DNA of 63,215 nucleotides, filler included, from Phoronis australis (lineage: Eukaryota; Animalia; Phoronida), in NCBI GenBank assembly GCA_002633005.1. It is 5 parts of 5 records of this genome, joined end to end, with 100 filler letters (N's around TTAATTAATTAA, not from the genome) between each part and the next. Parts side by side here need not be neighbours in the genome. Positions count along the whole stretch, not along the records: positions 25,331 to 29,746 come from NMRA01002598.1; positions 29,847 to 33,755 come from NMRA01002778.1; positions 33,856 to 37,748 come from NMRA01002785.1; positions 37,849 to 63,215 come from NMRA01001347.1; 1 more part is not named here. The stretch is one strand, 5' to 3'. Positions 27,960 through 39,071 of the stretch are shown here, one piece after another. The position numbers and the translations under genes were made by a program. Under the pieces are notes generated by a model. That model made no database searches. It saw only the letters and a program-made list of their open reading frames with translations, and was not told the origin of the DNA. Numbering within the stretch: the stretch's first letter is position 1; the number at the start of each line of letters is the position of its first letter.

Positions 27960-28420
27960 TGGAGAATAGCTCAAAACTTAATACACATTCCTCATTTAAA
28001 ATTGATTTTTGAAATGGAATCCATATATCTTTTTAGCAGCTATTGCTAAGTTACGTTGCTCCAACCATAACTCGATGATAGAGAAAGGTAGACATGCTCT
28101 TGTGGACCAGAAATACCGTGTGTGTTGTTTCTGTGTATACCTAATTGAAGATGAATACCATTTTTCACATGTGTTTGTAAAATGTACTGTACTCGGAGAA
28201 CTTCATTTATACCTGAGTGGTGCTGGCGTGAACCAAATAAACGTAAATTTTTAAAGATTATGAAAATGTCGGAGCCGATTGCTCAGATTAATCTAATGAA
28301 ATTTGTATTTCACTCCACTGCCCTCAGGGAAAAGCTGCTGCGCGTTATCGTGTAAATTTTATGTAACATGTGGGCCAAGGCCTTAAATGTTGAAAATAAG
28401 ATGAATATATGAATAAATGA
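27960..28420 (+). mobile_element. Degenerate 3' end of a non-LTR retrotransposon (RTEX-like zinc-knuckle region)
   Basis: AIAKLRCSNHNSMIEKGRH...RVCCFC...IEDEYHF...C motif in ORF 28009..28254, with an AT-rich tail near 28395-28420. Boundaries are approximate. Confidence 0.75.
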
Positions 28421-29049
28421 TTTTATTTAAGTTTCCAACTCAAGTCGCACGCAAAGCGTACATGCGCCATTTCCGAATTCGTAATTTTAGGGTTGGTCTA
28501 CTACAATAAACTCTGAAGCGCTTTCCTGAGCCGTTGATGGTTTCGATGTTCCTGTTGGTAAACGGGAAAAAATCCTGCCGTGGTAAAAAATGTTATGAGC
28601 AGCAAAGAGGCCTAACCCGATTTCCTTAGCCAGCTAAACAGAGGGCAATGCGGCGTTAATTGACTTCTAAAAGCCTATGGCTGTCCCGTGGTGTGGACAG
28701 ACTACACAAAACAAGTAAACCCTTGAAAACTGTTGTCAATTTCAATAAACATGCACGCCTATACAGTAACAACTGAGCACGCTTCACTTTAAGTACCGGC
28801 GAATTGGTATATATAGCTTTAATTATGGTCTAAACTTATATATTCATCCGCCTAAATGATAATGTACTCGGCACGAATTTTGTTCTTCATACATGGGCGA
28901 AGCACCATAGGGGGCTGGGGGGCTATAGTCCCCCCACTTTCGTGTTATAAATTGAAAAAAACATCTAAAATATAAGCCCGTGTTCAAGTTCAGATGTTGT
29001 GACTGGATTTTTACCGTCACAGGGTTTTAACCCACATTTTATTTTCTAG

Positions 29050-29266
29050 GGTTGCTATGATCGGGAAATATGACGACGGATTAAGCACACTGACATATAA
29101 ACTGTTGGGCCGTCGTCGTAAGGCGTTGTACACCTGGATGCTGTTTGATCTAACTGACGGTACAACGACAAGTCGCAAGTTGTCAACGCTGGCTTCGACA
29201 TTATCGAGCAACGTGACTGTAGCGCCGACTGGAATTCGCAACACGTCGCGTAAAAATGGAGTGTAG
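29050..29266 (+). CDS. Terminal coding exon of a beta-1,4-galactosyltransferase / beta-1,4-GalNAc-transferase (GT7) family gene
   Basis: TTTTCTAG acceptor in phase 2. DDGLSTLTYKLLGRRRKALYTWMLFDL matches the GT7 C-terminal DGLxxLxY...LYTxxxxD motif. TAG stop at 29264-29266. Confidence 0.78.
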
Positions 29267-29606
29267 CACTGAATAGGGTTGCGTGTCATCAGGAAGAGAT
29301 AACCAGGTTATCTCTTGCTTGTGTCATGTAAAAGCCCAATAATGTATGCCTGGTGGTCTATTAGTGTATAATGGTACGGGGGTGGGGAAGGGTATTTTAC
29401 CGTTTTCGCATGTATTTTGGCCTACGCGTCTACATGTACATGTACATGTGCGTCTGCGCCTACATGTGTATATCCACAATAAAGCGCAATTTGCGAACCA
29501 CTTGAGCTAAGACTAAAGTAAAAGTCTTATGGCATGCTTATATGTTAGAAGAGGTTTTATTGTTGTAGGAAATTCATTGGAAATAAATGATGTGCAAATA
29601 TTTTTA

Positions 29607-29676
29607 GATTGGGGATTGAACCCGCGACATTGCCTCGTTCGGATTTCGCGTGCTTCACCACTAAGCCAGTGGGTGA
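29607..29676 (-). mobile_element. tRNA-derived SINE head or tRNA-like relic
   Basis: A box TGGCTTAGTGG and B box GGTTCAATCCC at tRNA spacing, without a convincing acceptor stem. Confidence 0.6.
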
Positions 29677-29746
29677 GAGACGGATCCTCGCGATGCACCA
29701 TCTATTTTGTATTGCTATGTGTTTGGTTGGGAACGTCATGCTTGAT

Positions 29747-29846
29747 NNNNNNNNNNNNNNNNNNNNNNNNNNNNNNNNNNNNNNNNNNNNTTAATTAATT
29801 AANNNNNNNNNNNNNNNNNNNNNNNNNNNNNNNNNNNNNNNNNNNN
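29747..29846. other. Artificial contig-joining spacer
   Basis: 44N-TTAATTAATTAA-44N. Confidence 0.97.
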
Positions 29847-29987
29847 CAACCATGTGTCTAGACTTAGTGTACAATGCCTTTCTACAACCATGTGTCTAGA
29901 CTTAGTGTACAATGCCTTTCTACAACCATGTGTCTAGACTTAGTGTACAATGCCTTTCTACAACCATGTGTCTAGACTTAGTGTACA
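29847..29987. repeat. 38-bp perfect tandem repeat, 3.7 copies, cut by the contig start
   Basis: CAACCATGTGTCTAGACTTAGTGTACAATGCCTTTCTA at 29847, 29885, 29923, 29961. Confidence 0.95.
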
Positions 29988-30179
29988 GCTTTGAAAGAAG
30001 AGTTTCTCCCAAAGACTGCTTTGAATCAATGGTTTCGTGAGGAACATTCAGTTGAGTTTTACGGATGATACTGACTAAATATTATTGTTTGCTTTACAAG
30101 TGTTGTGATAATCTGATGTAGTTTAGTGCTTATGTTGTGAAGCTCATGAAGTGACGGGTTTATCCCTAAGGTACTGAAG

Positions 30180-30388
30180 ACATGACATGTCTGTATACCC
30201 ACAGCTTTATGTCATAAACGTATTCATGACGTGTCCGTGTTCCTACTACTTTATCTCATTAAGTTAATCATCGCGTGTCCGTATACCTGCAGCTTTATCT
30301 CATGAAATTATGAATGACGTGTATGTGTCCCCATGACTTTTCTCATAAACAATATTAATGACTTGTCTGTCTGTACAGCTTTATCCCA
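30180..30388 (+). repeat. Degenerate tandem repeat of about 44 bp whose last unit is the Rae1 splice acceptor
   Basis: ATGACGTGTC...CAGCTTTATCTCAT-like units with anchors near 30201, 30245, 30289, 30334, 30375. Confidence 0.7.
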
Positions 30389-30486
30389 TGGCGGTTGTGG
30401 GAACAGCCGGCAGAGGGCTCATTATCTACCAACTGGATGGCCAGCCGAAGGAGTATAAGAAGGTTGAGTCACCACTGAAATTCCAG
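30379..30486 (+). CDS. RAE1: mRNA export factor Rae1 (Gle2, WD40), internal exon
   Basis: AG/GT bounded, 108 nt, phase 0-0. [36 protein letters not shown]. Missed by the ORF track. Confidence 0.93.
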
Positions 30487-31070
30487 GTATGAGTTTAGTG
30501 CATATCCATGGTTTTGATCTAAATTCATGGTGTTTAATTTCTATGATCTCAAGTTCATGAATAAGTCACGGTTCACATTGGTGCTCCAACACCAATAGAT
30601 TGTACAAAGTAAGATGATAGTTCTGTATACATAATGTATAAAATGTACCATTCAGGTGTATTTATGTCTTAGGCGTATAAATTGAAACTGAATGAGGGCT
30701 GGCGTTTTACCAAGTTTGGGCACCTGAAGGACATAAATTTTGAAAAATCAGTGTGGTTAATGAACAGTACACGGGCAACATGTTGCCTATGAACATTCTG
30801 AGAGCTTAGTGATCATGCTCTACAAAGGTTTGTTGTTTTTTAAATGGTATCAAATTTCTCCATTGCAAAATTATGAGAGTTGGCTTTTAAAAGTGAGAAT
30901 TTTGTAAATTTAGGTGTTGAGTGTGTTGATGAACATGGGTGACTACTAGAGGTTCTACCAAAGTGTGTAACAGTATTATCAGTTAGTACTTAGAGATTGT
31001 CTCATGTTCAAAACTGTTTGCAATTTCAAGATCATCTAATTATACAGAAAAGGTGTGTTGTCCGTTTCAG

Positions 31071-31250
31071 CACCGTACAGTCGCCATATTTAAGGACAAA
31101 AAGACCAACCAGCCGTCTGGGTTTGCTGTGGGCAGTATCGAGGGTCGTGTAGCCATCCACTACGTGAACACGACAAACCCCAAAGATAACTTCACCTTCA
31201 AGTGTCACCGGTCAAATGGGTCAACCGCTGGTGTACAAGACATATTTGCT
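31071..31250 (+). CDS. RAE1: mRNA export factor Rae1, next internal exon
   Basis: AG/GTGAGT bounded, 180 nt. [50 protein letters not shown]...QDIFA is a hallmark Rae1 sequence. Confidence 0.95.
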
Positions 31251-31351
31251 GTGAGTTCTCCATTCAACCTGCAGCTATTGAACAAGTATTTTCAGTTCCT
31301 GATAATGAGTGTTGTGAACAGTTGTTGAAATGTTATATCAAACACGCTACC

Positions 31352-33390
31352 CAGTGCTCGACATTAACGTTAGTCTGACTGCCCGGGACAACCAATTTGT
31401 TGGTCCGGACAAGCTCAAGACCAAGCAGCTTGTCCGACAGGACAAGTCAATGAATTTCTCTGCGAACGTTTGTCGCACAAAATTAAGATTCCAAAATGTG
31501 CGCAACTCGATTACTTTTCTGTGACAACCAATCAGGTTTAGCGGAACCGGGACCTTGCCTTACTATGGCGGTAAAATACCTGAATTCTCATGCCCTTTAC
31601 TGAAGGAGACACAATTGTTTTCTTTGGCTCATNTGAAGGAGACACAATTGTTTTCTTTGGCTCATGCGCGGAACTCATGTTGGCATGTAATGATCACTGA
31701 GACAGTGCTTGTCGAATGTATTTCATTTGCTGTAGAAGAACCAGCAAAGCAGTACTTGACATTGATATCATGTCCCTGGCCAATCTTTCTGTGATTCCCC
31801 GTGACAGTACATGAAGCATAACCACCCTGAGCATTGAAATAAGAAAAGACATGGTCCATTGTGACAAGCCAACTTGTTTCGCTGCTCCGGTGTTGGTTAA
31901 ACGCATGTTTTTAATGACTTTCTCTCCTGACACCAAAATGGAAACACCCAACCAAAGGTAAGAGCCCAAAAAATCAACTTGTCATTAGTGCAAGTTAAAC
32001 ATTTTGTCCATGTTCTACGTGGTCAAAAACTTAATTTTTTGGAACTTTTGATTTGCCTGATGACTTTTTACAAGATGTGTTTTTGCTTCATTATTTCGGC
32101 AGCTGACCGAGTACCCCTATTGCCTAACAGTAGTACCGTCCGATTGTTGAGCATGTGCTTTGAACGATAGCGGTGTTATCTTTGAACTCAAAAAGAAATA
32201 TACAATGTACATAAAATGTTACATTGTTCAAAGTATTCAATAAGAAGACCTGTCAATCATTAGCACGTGCTGGGTTGCCTAAGTTCAAAGTATTCAGTAC
32301 TGAAGAAGACCTGTCAATCATCACATGCTTGGTTGCCTAAGTGTCCAGCAAATTTTTACACAATCAAGTGCTTCCCTTAAAAATACACTGCAAACTAGCG
32401 GAGTCTTGCTTGATCTGTCTTTTCTCTCAAGAAACTTGCTCTACTGAACACACGCCTACCTGTAGGAATACCTTAGTTCTAAGACATGACCAGCAGCAAC
32501 CGAGGTACGTAAAAACACAATCACGCTCAGGATCATGACGCCACTGTATCGTGTGCGCAGACCATCGAAGTCCGTTACTTCAATCCCCCGACCTATATTT
32601 TAACTGATATGCTTGAAGTCTGACGTAAGTGAATCTCCTTTTGGGTGAAATTGGTCCTCCCTGCAGTAAGCAACAACACCTGATTTTTCCAAATTTTCGA
32701 TTTTAACCGCCCATGCTCGGCTTACCGCCCACCCCGTTTTTTAGATTCCCAATTTAAGTGCCTAGGGCGATTACGCCGACGAGTATGGTAGTTAGTTTTC
32801 GTGTGGTTTCAAGTCAAGGAGTTCTGATCTTGCAACTGGTAAGCAAACCAAAGGGCGTGAAATCACCAAGCCACAGTATTTACCAATAAACAAAAACAGG
32901 AATTCCTTCCGAAATGAAAGAAAGATTTTGACTGGTTACCATACGGTTTGATAGCGACCAGAAGTAAAATGTGTTGTGTCACGTGTGAAAAATTCGCCGG
33001 CGCAAACAGATCATCTGTTGCGTCTGGGTCAGATGTGTTCAGGATCCAATCTTTGAAGTCATGGACAGTCCACGGCTCTATCAGCAGCTTATAAAAATAC
33101 ATTATATAACTGAATTGAAAAGCCAAGGTAAACTTGTAGCGTGTTCAATGGTGAAATCCAAATACAAATACCCACTTTAATAAACTTGTGCAAAATTTAA
33201 ATGTTGTGTAATATATGCTCTTACCCATGTTTATTGAGCTTGTGCTAACAGGTATAATGTGCGACATTCATATATTTGAAAAGTATAATTTGAGTTTAAT
33301 TGGACAAGTGTCTTATAGGTCAGAACAAGTAAATTTCATTTCTACTTGTCCGACTGGACAAGTTAAAATAAAAGTTAATGTCGAGCCCTG
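31352..33390 (+). mobile_element. Internally deleted hAT-like DNA transposon in a Rae1 intron
   Basis: 17-bp TIR CAG(T/G)GCTCGACATTAAC, CTACC duplicated at 31347-31351 and 33391-33395, and GGACAAG/CTTGTCC subterminal repeats. A TTF-type zinc-finger relic at about 32900-33065 reads EFLPK*KKDFDWLPY...KMCCVTC...GSDVFRIQSLKS. Confidence 0.85.
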
Positions 33391-33509
33391 CTACCATCAG
33401 ACTTGTTTCATAGCTTCCTTTCATCATGACAGGTACCGCACTGGAATTCATTCCCTTGATTTCTCAATTGCATGGGACTTGTTGTTTCCATATTCTCTTT
33501 ATCCTTTAA

Positions 33510-33755
33510 AGGCGAAGGCAACCCCTTTTCATGCAAAAATAAGGTTCGTTGGTTATCCCAGACATATTTTCCACTTAACTACAGCTTTTCGTAATTTAAT
33601 TAATTATTCGTTCTCTACTCCGGAAGTGACGTTTTGGGAGGCAAGCATTTCGCGCCAATTTCTTTTCATATAGTCTGACTATGAAAGCTGCCGAGTCAGT
33701 CATTGTTCTATCGTGGTTGCGATAAGTTCAGTCGTCGTTTGCTATTATTTACGAG
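33510..33755. mobile_element. End of a Kolobok-like element, same family as 40479-41862, cut by the contig end
   Basis: TTAA|AGGCGAAGGCAACC..., colinear similarity to 40479-40730 (CCGGAAGTGACGTTT, CTGACTATG, GATAAGTTCAGT). Confidence 0.7.
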
Positions 33756-33855
33756 NNNNNNNNNNNNNNNNNNNNNNNNNNNNNNNNNNNNNNNNNNNNT
33801 TAATTAATTAANNNNNNNNNNNNNNNNNNNNNNNNNNNNNNNNNNNNNNNNNNNN
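33756..33855. other. Artificial contig-joining spacer
   Basis: 44N-TTAATTAATTAA-44N. Confidence 0.97.
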
Positions 33856-33918
33856 TCCAGGTGATACTCAGACAGGTGAGTGTAGCCAAGGGCCTGAAGT
33901 ACCTGGGACAGGTGCCAG
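33856..33918 (-). CDS. NUP98: Nup98-Nup96 (Nup96 part), exon truncated by the contig end
   Basis: TTCCAG acceptor in phase 2. (S)WHLSQVLQALGYTHLSEYHL continues LDYSLS|WHL as in Nup96. Confidence 0.88.
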
Positions 33919-34406
33919 CTGGAATAGTAGGCAGGTGGTAAGGTTAGCTACTTCTCCATCGTGCTGATTGAGAACGTGAAATTGCATTTAAAGATTTATC
34001 TTTTATCGCGGTCACCAATTTAATTTACCTTCTAAACACTTTACCATTTCATTACCAAGCATGAAAAGAAATATTTCAGAGACAAATGGTCAGGACGACT
34101 ATAATTGTGACCTTGGACAACTATAACTGTGAACCTATCTCTTAAGCAATAGAAATTCCTCTCACTTTAAGCATCACAATCAAACTTCATCTCACTTAGT
34201 TTAAGAATGAAAACAAAATTTTATCTTCCACTTAGCGCACGGTAATTAAATTTAAACTTACACGTTGAGCATTATTACATTTCAGCTGACAATTAACTTA
34301 CAGTTCTCAACAATAAGCGTCATTCTTGTGTAAACATATGTAATGAACTAAAGAACACTTTAACAACAATAAGTTATTCCAGAATGTCCATCTTAATAAA
34401 ACCCAC

Positions 34407-34673
34407 CTGAGAGAGTAATCCAGCTGATTGGGCGTGGACCCAGTGGGAGCCAGTATTTGCTCCAATCGGTGAGATCGTTTACTATACATAGTCAACAGGT
34501 GGTAGCACGTGTCCTTGGTCACGTGATCAGGATCTTCTTCTTGTTCGATGTACCGCGAGCCGTCAGTCATGTACGGCGGAAAAGGTCCCTTGGCATAGGC
34601 TGTTTTAGACTCAAAAGCTTCGTCGTAGGAGCGTAGGGCATCGGCGACACTAGCCGTAGGTGGACAGTGATAC
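34407..34673 (-). CDS. NUP98: Nup98-Nup96 (Nup96 part), internal exon
   Basis: 267 nt, phase 2-2. YHCPPTASVADALRSYDEAF...DTCYHLLTMYS...LDYSLS. Confidence 0.92.
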
Positions 34674-35631
34674 CTGAGTAGTGATAGCAATATGTCTTAG
34701 CAGAACACAGCAATGTCGTTTAAATTCTTCACAAATTGTCAAGCTTGTTTGGCTAGTTGCTAAAATAATTTTTCACCAATTCAGCACACAAAATGGCAGA
34801 CAAATAAAACTTTTTCTTTGTTAAATTTTGCAAAAAAAAATATCATTTAAGAGTTAGAAAATTTGGTTTGTTGTGTGCAGATCTCTGAAAATTGAAATTG
34901 GTAAAGTTTACGATACTTCCACCAGCGTAACTGGCCTTTGAAAAATAGAAAATGACACTATTGCCAATTATTTTTGTGCGGAATAAGCTAAGAATTACCG
35001 CAACACCAATTTAAGAGCCTGTCTCAGTGGGCCAGAGTATCTCGACTCCCCAAGATGGAAAACAGTTTGTACTTGTGTATGTAGCTTAATCAACTAGCAC
35101 AATTCAGGTCAAGTGACTCCATCAAGGACTTTTTCAATTCAAGTACTTTGACAGCGTTTTGGTTGGTAACGTTTGGCTAAGAGTCTGGACAAACCAATGA
35201 GCCGTGTGTACATTGCACAGTTCCCTTGCTTTGTAATAGTTCCGTGTAACACGTTTATAAATGTCACCTAAACACAACTGTAAAATGAATTTATTGGGAT
35301 GTCACTTAAATCAAGGCAGTGCAAAACTCATGGGATAAAGCTCCGCAAGTTTGTAACCCCATAAGAAGGAGCGGACGATATGATCCATTTCACCATACCT
35401 AAACAAGCCAAGTTCATTCTAAGGCAACTGCGCATCTAGTAGACACACAAAGAGCGCTTGAGGTCACACTTTTCAGGAGAAGGCGTTTAATTAATGAAGC
35501 ACAAATTTTAACAAACTTTTGCTTGCAGAGACGAAGTTAATTTTCTAACCACGTTGTTACCAAGAGGTAATGGTCACATTTAGGTGACTAGTCTTCTCAT
35601 AGCAGCTGTACGACAGCACTACTTCACTCAC

Positions 35632-35768
35632 CAAAGGTGTACAGCTAGCGCCCTCTTCCAGTCCAGATGTCTACAGGTGTTAATGAACTTGTCCGACGCC
35701 TGCCAGGTGAGTGCCCCGCCTAGCAAACAATAAATCTTCAGTCGGTCTGCAGAGATATAACGATCCAC
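35632..35768 (-). CDS. NUP98: Nup98-Nup96 (Nup96 part), internal exon
   Basis: 137 nt, phase 0-2. VDRYISADRLKIYCLLGG...LDWKRALAVHLW. Confidence 0.92.
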
Positions 35769-35876
35769 CTGTGAGGAGAGAAATTGAACCAGTAAAATGA
35801 TTTGTTCGGCAAAAATAGACACATAGGGTAATCATATGTGAAACTCCAATTCAATCACTTTGACCAATTCTTTCAG

Positions 35877-36181
35877 CATACTCACCAGATGGAGTGACTA
35901 GTCAGTCATTAGCTACACCTCAACATGCCACACGCATCATACTCACCAGATGGAGTGACTAGTCAGTCATTAGCCACACCCAATAATTCCACAAACATCA
36001 TACTCACCAGATGGAGTGACTAGTCAGTCATTAGCTACACCTCAACATGCTACACGCATCATACTCACCAGGTGGAGTGACTAGTCAGTCATTAGCCACA
36101 CCTCATCATGCCACAAGCATCATACTCACCAGGTGGGGTAACCAGTCAGCCTTTAGCTACACCTCATCATGCCACATACAG
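35877..36181 (-). repeat. 61-bp tandem repeat, 5 copies, each containing a 5' splice-site consensus
   Basis: CATACTCACCAG at 35877, 35938, 35999, 36060, 36121, which reads CTG|GTGAGTATG on the gene strand. Confidence 0.9.
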
Positions 36182-36204
36182 CAAACTCCATCAGCAACAC
36201 TCAC

Positions 36205-36387
36205 CTTCTGTTCACACCACTCTGCCAGTTGTTTCTTTATCATCTGCCTAGGCAGCCCATTGCCACCACTCTGAGCCAACAGCAGGGCCAGGCGGTGGTC
36301 ACCAGCCTTCCTCGACATGCTGCACGATTCTGACACCTGCCGACCACTGAGGAGACTAAACACCGAGGCCAAGTTCCCAGCATCACC
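36205..36387 (-). CDS. NUP98: Nup98-Nup96 (Nup96 part), internal exon
   Basis: 183 nt, phase 0-0. SVFSLLSGRQVSESCSMSRKAGDHRLALLLAQ...QLAEW. Confidence 0.92.
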
Positions 36388-36493
36388 CTGGCAAAAAATA
36401 AGAGCTAACAATGCAATTAAAAATCAAACGTCTAAGACATAATTCTAATGAAAAACTCAAAGTTTTGTAAGCAAAAGTCAGCTTTAAAAGTCA

Positions 36494-37662
36494 GGGCTGT
36501 TCCAGCAAAATCTGTATGGGAGGGGGGAAGGCACTTTTATTTCGTACCCACCGCCCATATTTTTCATTTATTTCTCCAACCCATGACCCATAATTTTTTA
36601 ATTATTTTTAATATGTAAAATACAAAACCCAACACTTGCATACAAATTGCCTCCAGGAGGACCTGTTAAGTATTTAGATGATTGACAGACAAGAACTAGT
36701 TGTCTTGTCCAATATTGTCAAAAACTAAAGTAGCCTGTGAGCAATACTTTTGGCAGCCTCCAGGTGTCTCTGTTCACCATGTGTCTATAATTTCAATGAA
36801 CATTTTTTCAATTATAAGGATCTATGAATCTCAAACTGTCTCCACGAACTCTTTCATACTTCTATGTTAAGTGAATATTGGAACTTGTTTATCTTACTCC
36901 TCATAATTTTTATTTAAAAATCATCAATTTTCTTATATGTGTTAACACCAGTTTAGTGTTGCNNNNNNNNNNNNNNNNNNNNNNNNNNNNNNNNNNNNNN
37001 NNNNNNNNNNNNNNNNNNNNNNNNNNNNNNNNNNNNNNNNNNNNNNNNNNNNNNNNNNNNNNNNNNNNNNNNNNNNNNNNNNNNNNNNNNNNNNNNNNNN
37101 NNNNNNNNNNNNNNNNNNNNNNNNNNNNNNNNNNNNNNNNNNNNNNNNNNNNNNNNNNNNNNNCTGTGAGCAATACTTTTGGCAGCCACCAGGTGTCTCT
37201 GTTCACCATGTGTCTATAATTTCAATGAACATTTTTTCAATTATAAGGATCTATGAATCTCAAACTGTCTCCACGAACTCTTTCATACTTCTATGTTAAG
37301 TGAATATTGGAACTTGTTTATCTTACTCCTCATACTTTTTATTTAAAAATCATCAATTTTCTTATATGTGTTAACACCAGTTTAGTGTTGCTTAACTTTT
37401 CAATTCAATAGGACTGCAGACAAACAGTTGGCTCAAATCAAGTTGCCCATGACTTGATTAATGGCGAACCTATTGCACTCTCTTCACTGGCTGTAACCAA
37501 CCTGGCAACATTAACAGGTCAAAAATACCACCCATTTTTAATGCATCACTTCTTTCAGGAACGACCACGGATAATTTGAGTTTTTTTCTGAAGACCACCA
37601 CCCATGAATTTTTATTTCTACTGCCGTCCCCCCCTCCCACATGGATTTTACTGGAACAGCCC
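36494..37662. mobile_element. PIF/Harbinger-like non-autonomous element (contains a 201-N gap and a 228-bp duplication across it)
   Basis: Imperfect TIR of about 40 bp, GGGCTGTTCCAG(C/T)AAAATC...TGGGAGGGGGGA, with 3-bp TSD TCA (36491-93, 37663-65). Confidence 0.8.
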
Positions 37663-37748
37663 TCAGCTTGAGTTGTCCAGATATCACTCAAAATATCACC
37701 ATTCGAGAAATTCTCAGTATCACAAACTCAGCTCTGTTGATTCACAAG

Positions 37749-37848
37749 NNNNNNNNNNNNNNNNNNNNNNNNNNNNNNNNNNNNNNNNNNNNTTAATTAA
37801 TTAANNNNNNNNNNNNNNNNNNNNNNNNNNNNNNNNNNNNNNNNNNNN
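37749..37848. other. Artificial contig-joining spacer
   Basis: 44N-TTAATTAATTAA-44N. Confidence 0.97.
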
Positions 37849-37918
37849 TATGGCGGTTCCAACTGCTCCGGTAATTCCGCCGAGGTGAAGAGCTGCACCA
37901 ATGGAATCTACTGTCCTG
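37849..37918 (+). CDS. TSR exon type A (A0), 5' part cut by the contig start
   Basis: YGGSNCSGNSAEVKSCTNGIYCP G|GTAAAG. Confidence 0.8.
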
Positions 37919-38897
37919 GTAAAGGTTTCCATCGCAAAGTCAGGCCGTGCATCCAGGAATGTTCTTTTCCGGATTTGTCTTTAATATAAAATTGTCTTAT
38001 GTCATCGAGACCGTCATCACCTTCTGGATACAGTCACTGAGTCATTACAACATCGAATGAGGACCCAACACTAAGGCTGGACTATTTTGTGCTTAAGGCC
38101 CACAAGTTTTAGTTAAAAATAAGTTTGACGCCATGCCAGTTGCTCTTGTTTTACGGAATACCATCTTTCAATCTCTTAGCAATTGTCAGATTTCCGTATT
38201 CCATGATCATCGTATCTTTTACAGCTATCTGATTATAGTCTGTCATTAGCTTGTGGGTTACAAAATGGCAAAAGCACCTAAAAATTAGTATTATGCAGGA
38301 AAAGTTTGCACGCAAACATGGGGTCAAACACTTTGTCGTACATCTGTATATTTAGATAATGTTTTAAGTGAAGACGCTGCCTTTGAAAATGCCATTTGCA
38401 AAGTTAATAGTCGTCTCAATTTTTCATACAGATGTACAAACTTGGTGACTACCGTAGACCAATTAAATCTTTGCTGACGTCATGTTTATCAGTCATTTTG
38501 GTTATTCGGCAGCCGTTTGTAAATGTAGTTCTGACATACATGTAGAAGTGTGGCGTCCGAAAACGGAATGCAAATAGGTCAAGGTACAAATGTATCTACA
38601 TTGGCTTCGTCCTGGTCCTCGGCCCTATACTCTCAAAAGTAGAATAGAGTCCAGTTGCTGAAGACCTCGCGCAATTGATCGCCGTGCCAAGAAATTAAAA
38701 CACACCCGGACGTTTTACACCATTCGTGACATAACATCCAACAGCCTAGAGACTTACATGTACGCTCGCAGAAGCTTAAGCTCGTTTGCAAACCCTCGTG
38801 TGATTTCCCTTGAACCGACGTTTAAAGTGTTTGCTGGAAATAAATGTCTGCCCTTGAAGTTTCACGACTGGCTAAAAAATCTTAGCTCTTCCTTCAG

Positions 38898-39071
38898 TTC
38901 TCGGCCAGTGGTCGACTTGGGTATATTCGACCCCTTGTGACGTCACCTGTGGCAACGGAACCCGCGTCAGAGAAAGAGCTTGTGACGACCCGGCACCGAT
39001 GTATGGCGGTTCCAACTGCTCCGGTAATTCCGCCGAGTTGGTAAGCTGCACCAATGGAATCAACTGTCCTG
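38898..39071 (+). CDS. TSR exon A1, intact
   Basis: 174 nt, AG/GT, phase 1-1. LGQWSTWVYSTPCDVTCGNGTRVRERACDDPAPMYGGSNCSGNSAELVSCTNGINCP. Confidence 0.88.

Noticed and set aside
31601-31665. 32-bp direct duplication around a single N
   Set aside because: Typical unmerged contig overlap.
36735-37391. 228-bp direct repeat flanking a 201-N gap, resembling LTRs
   Set aside because: Both copies abut the gap and differ at only about 2 positions, consistent with unmerged haplotype overlap.
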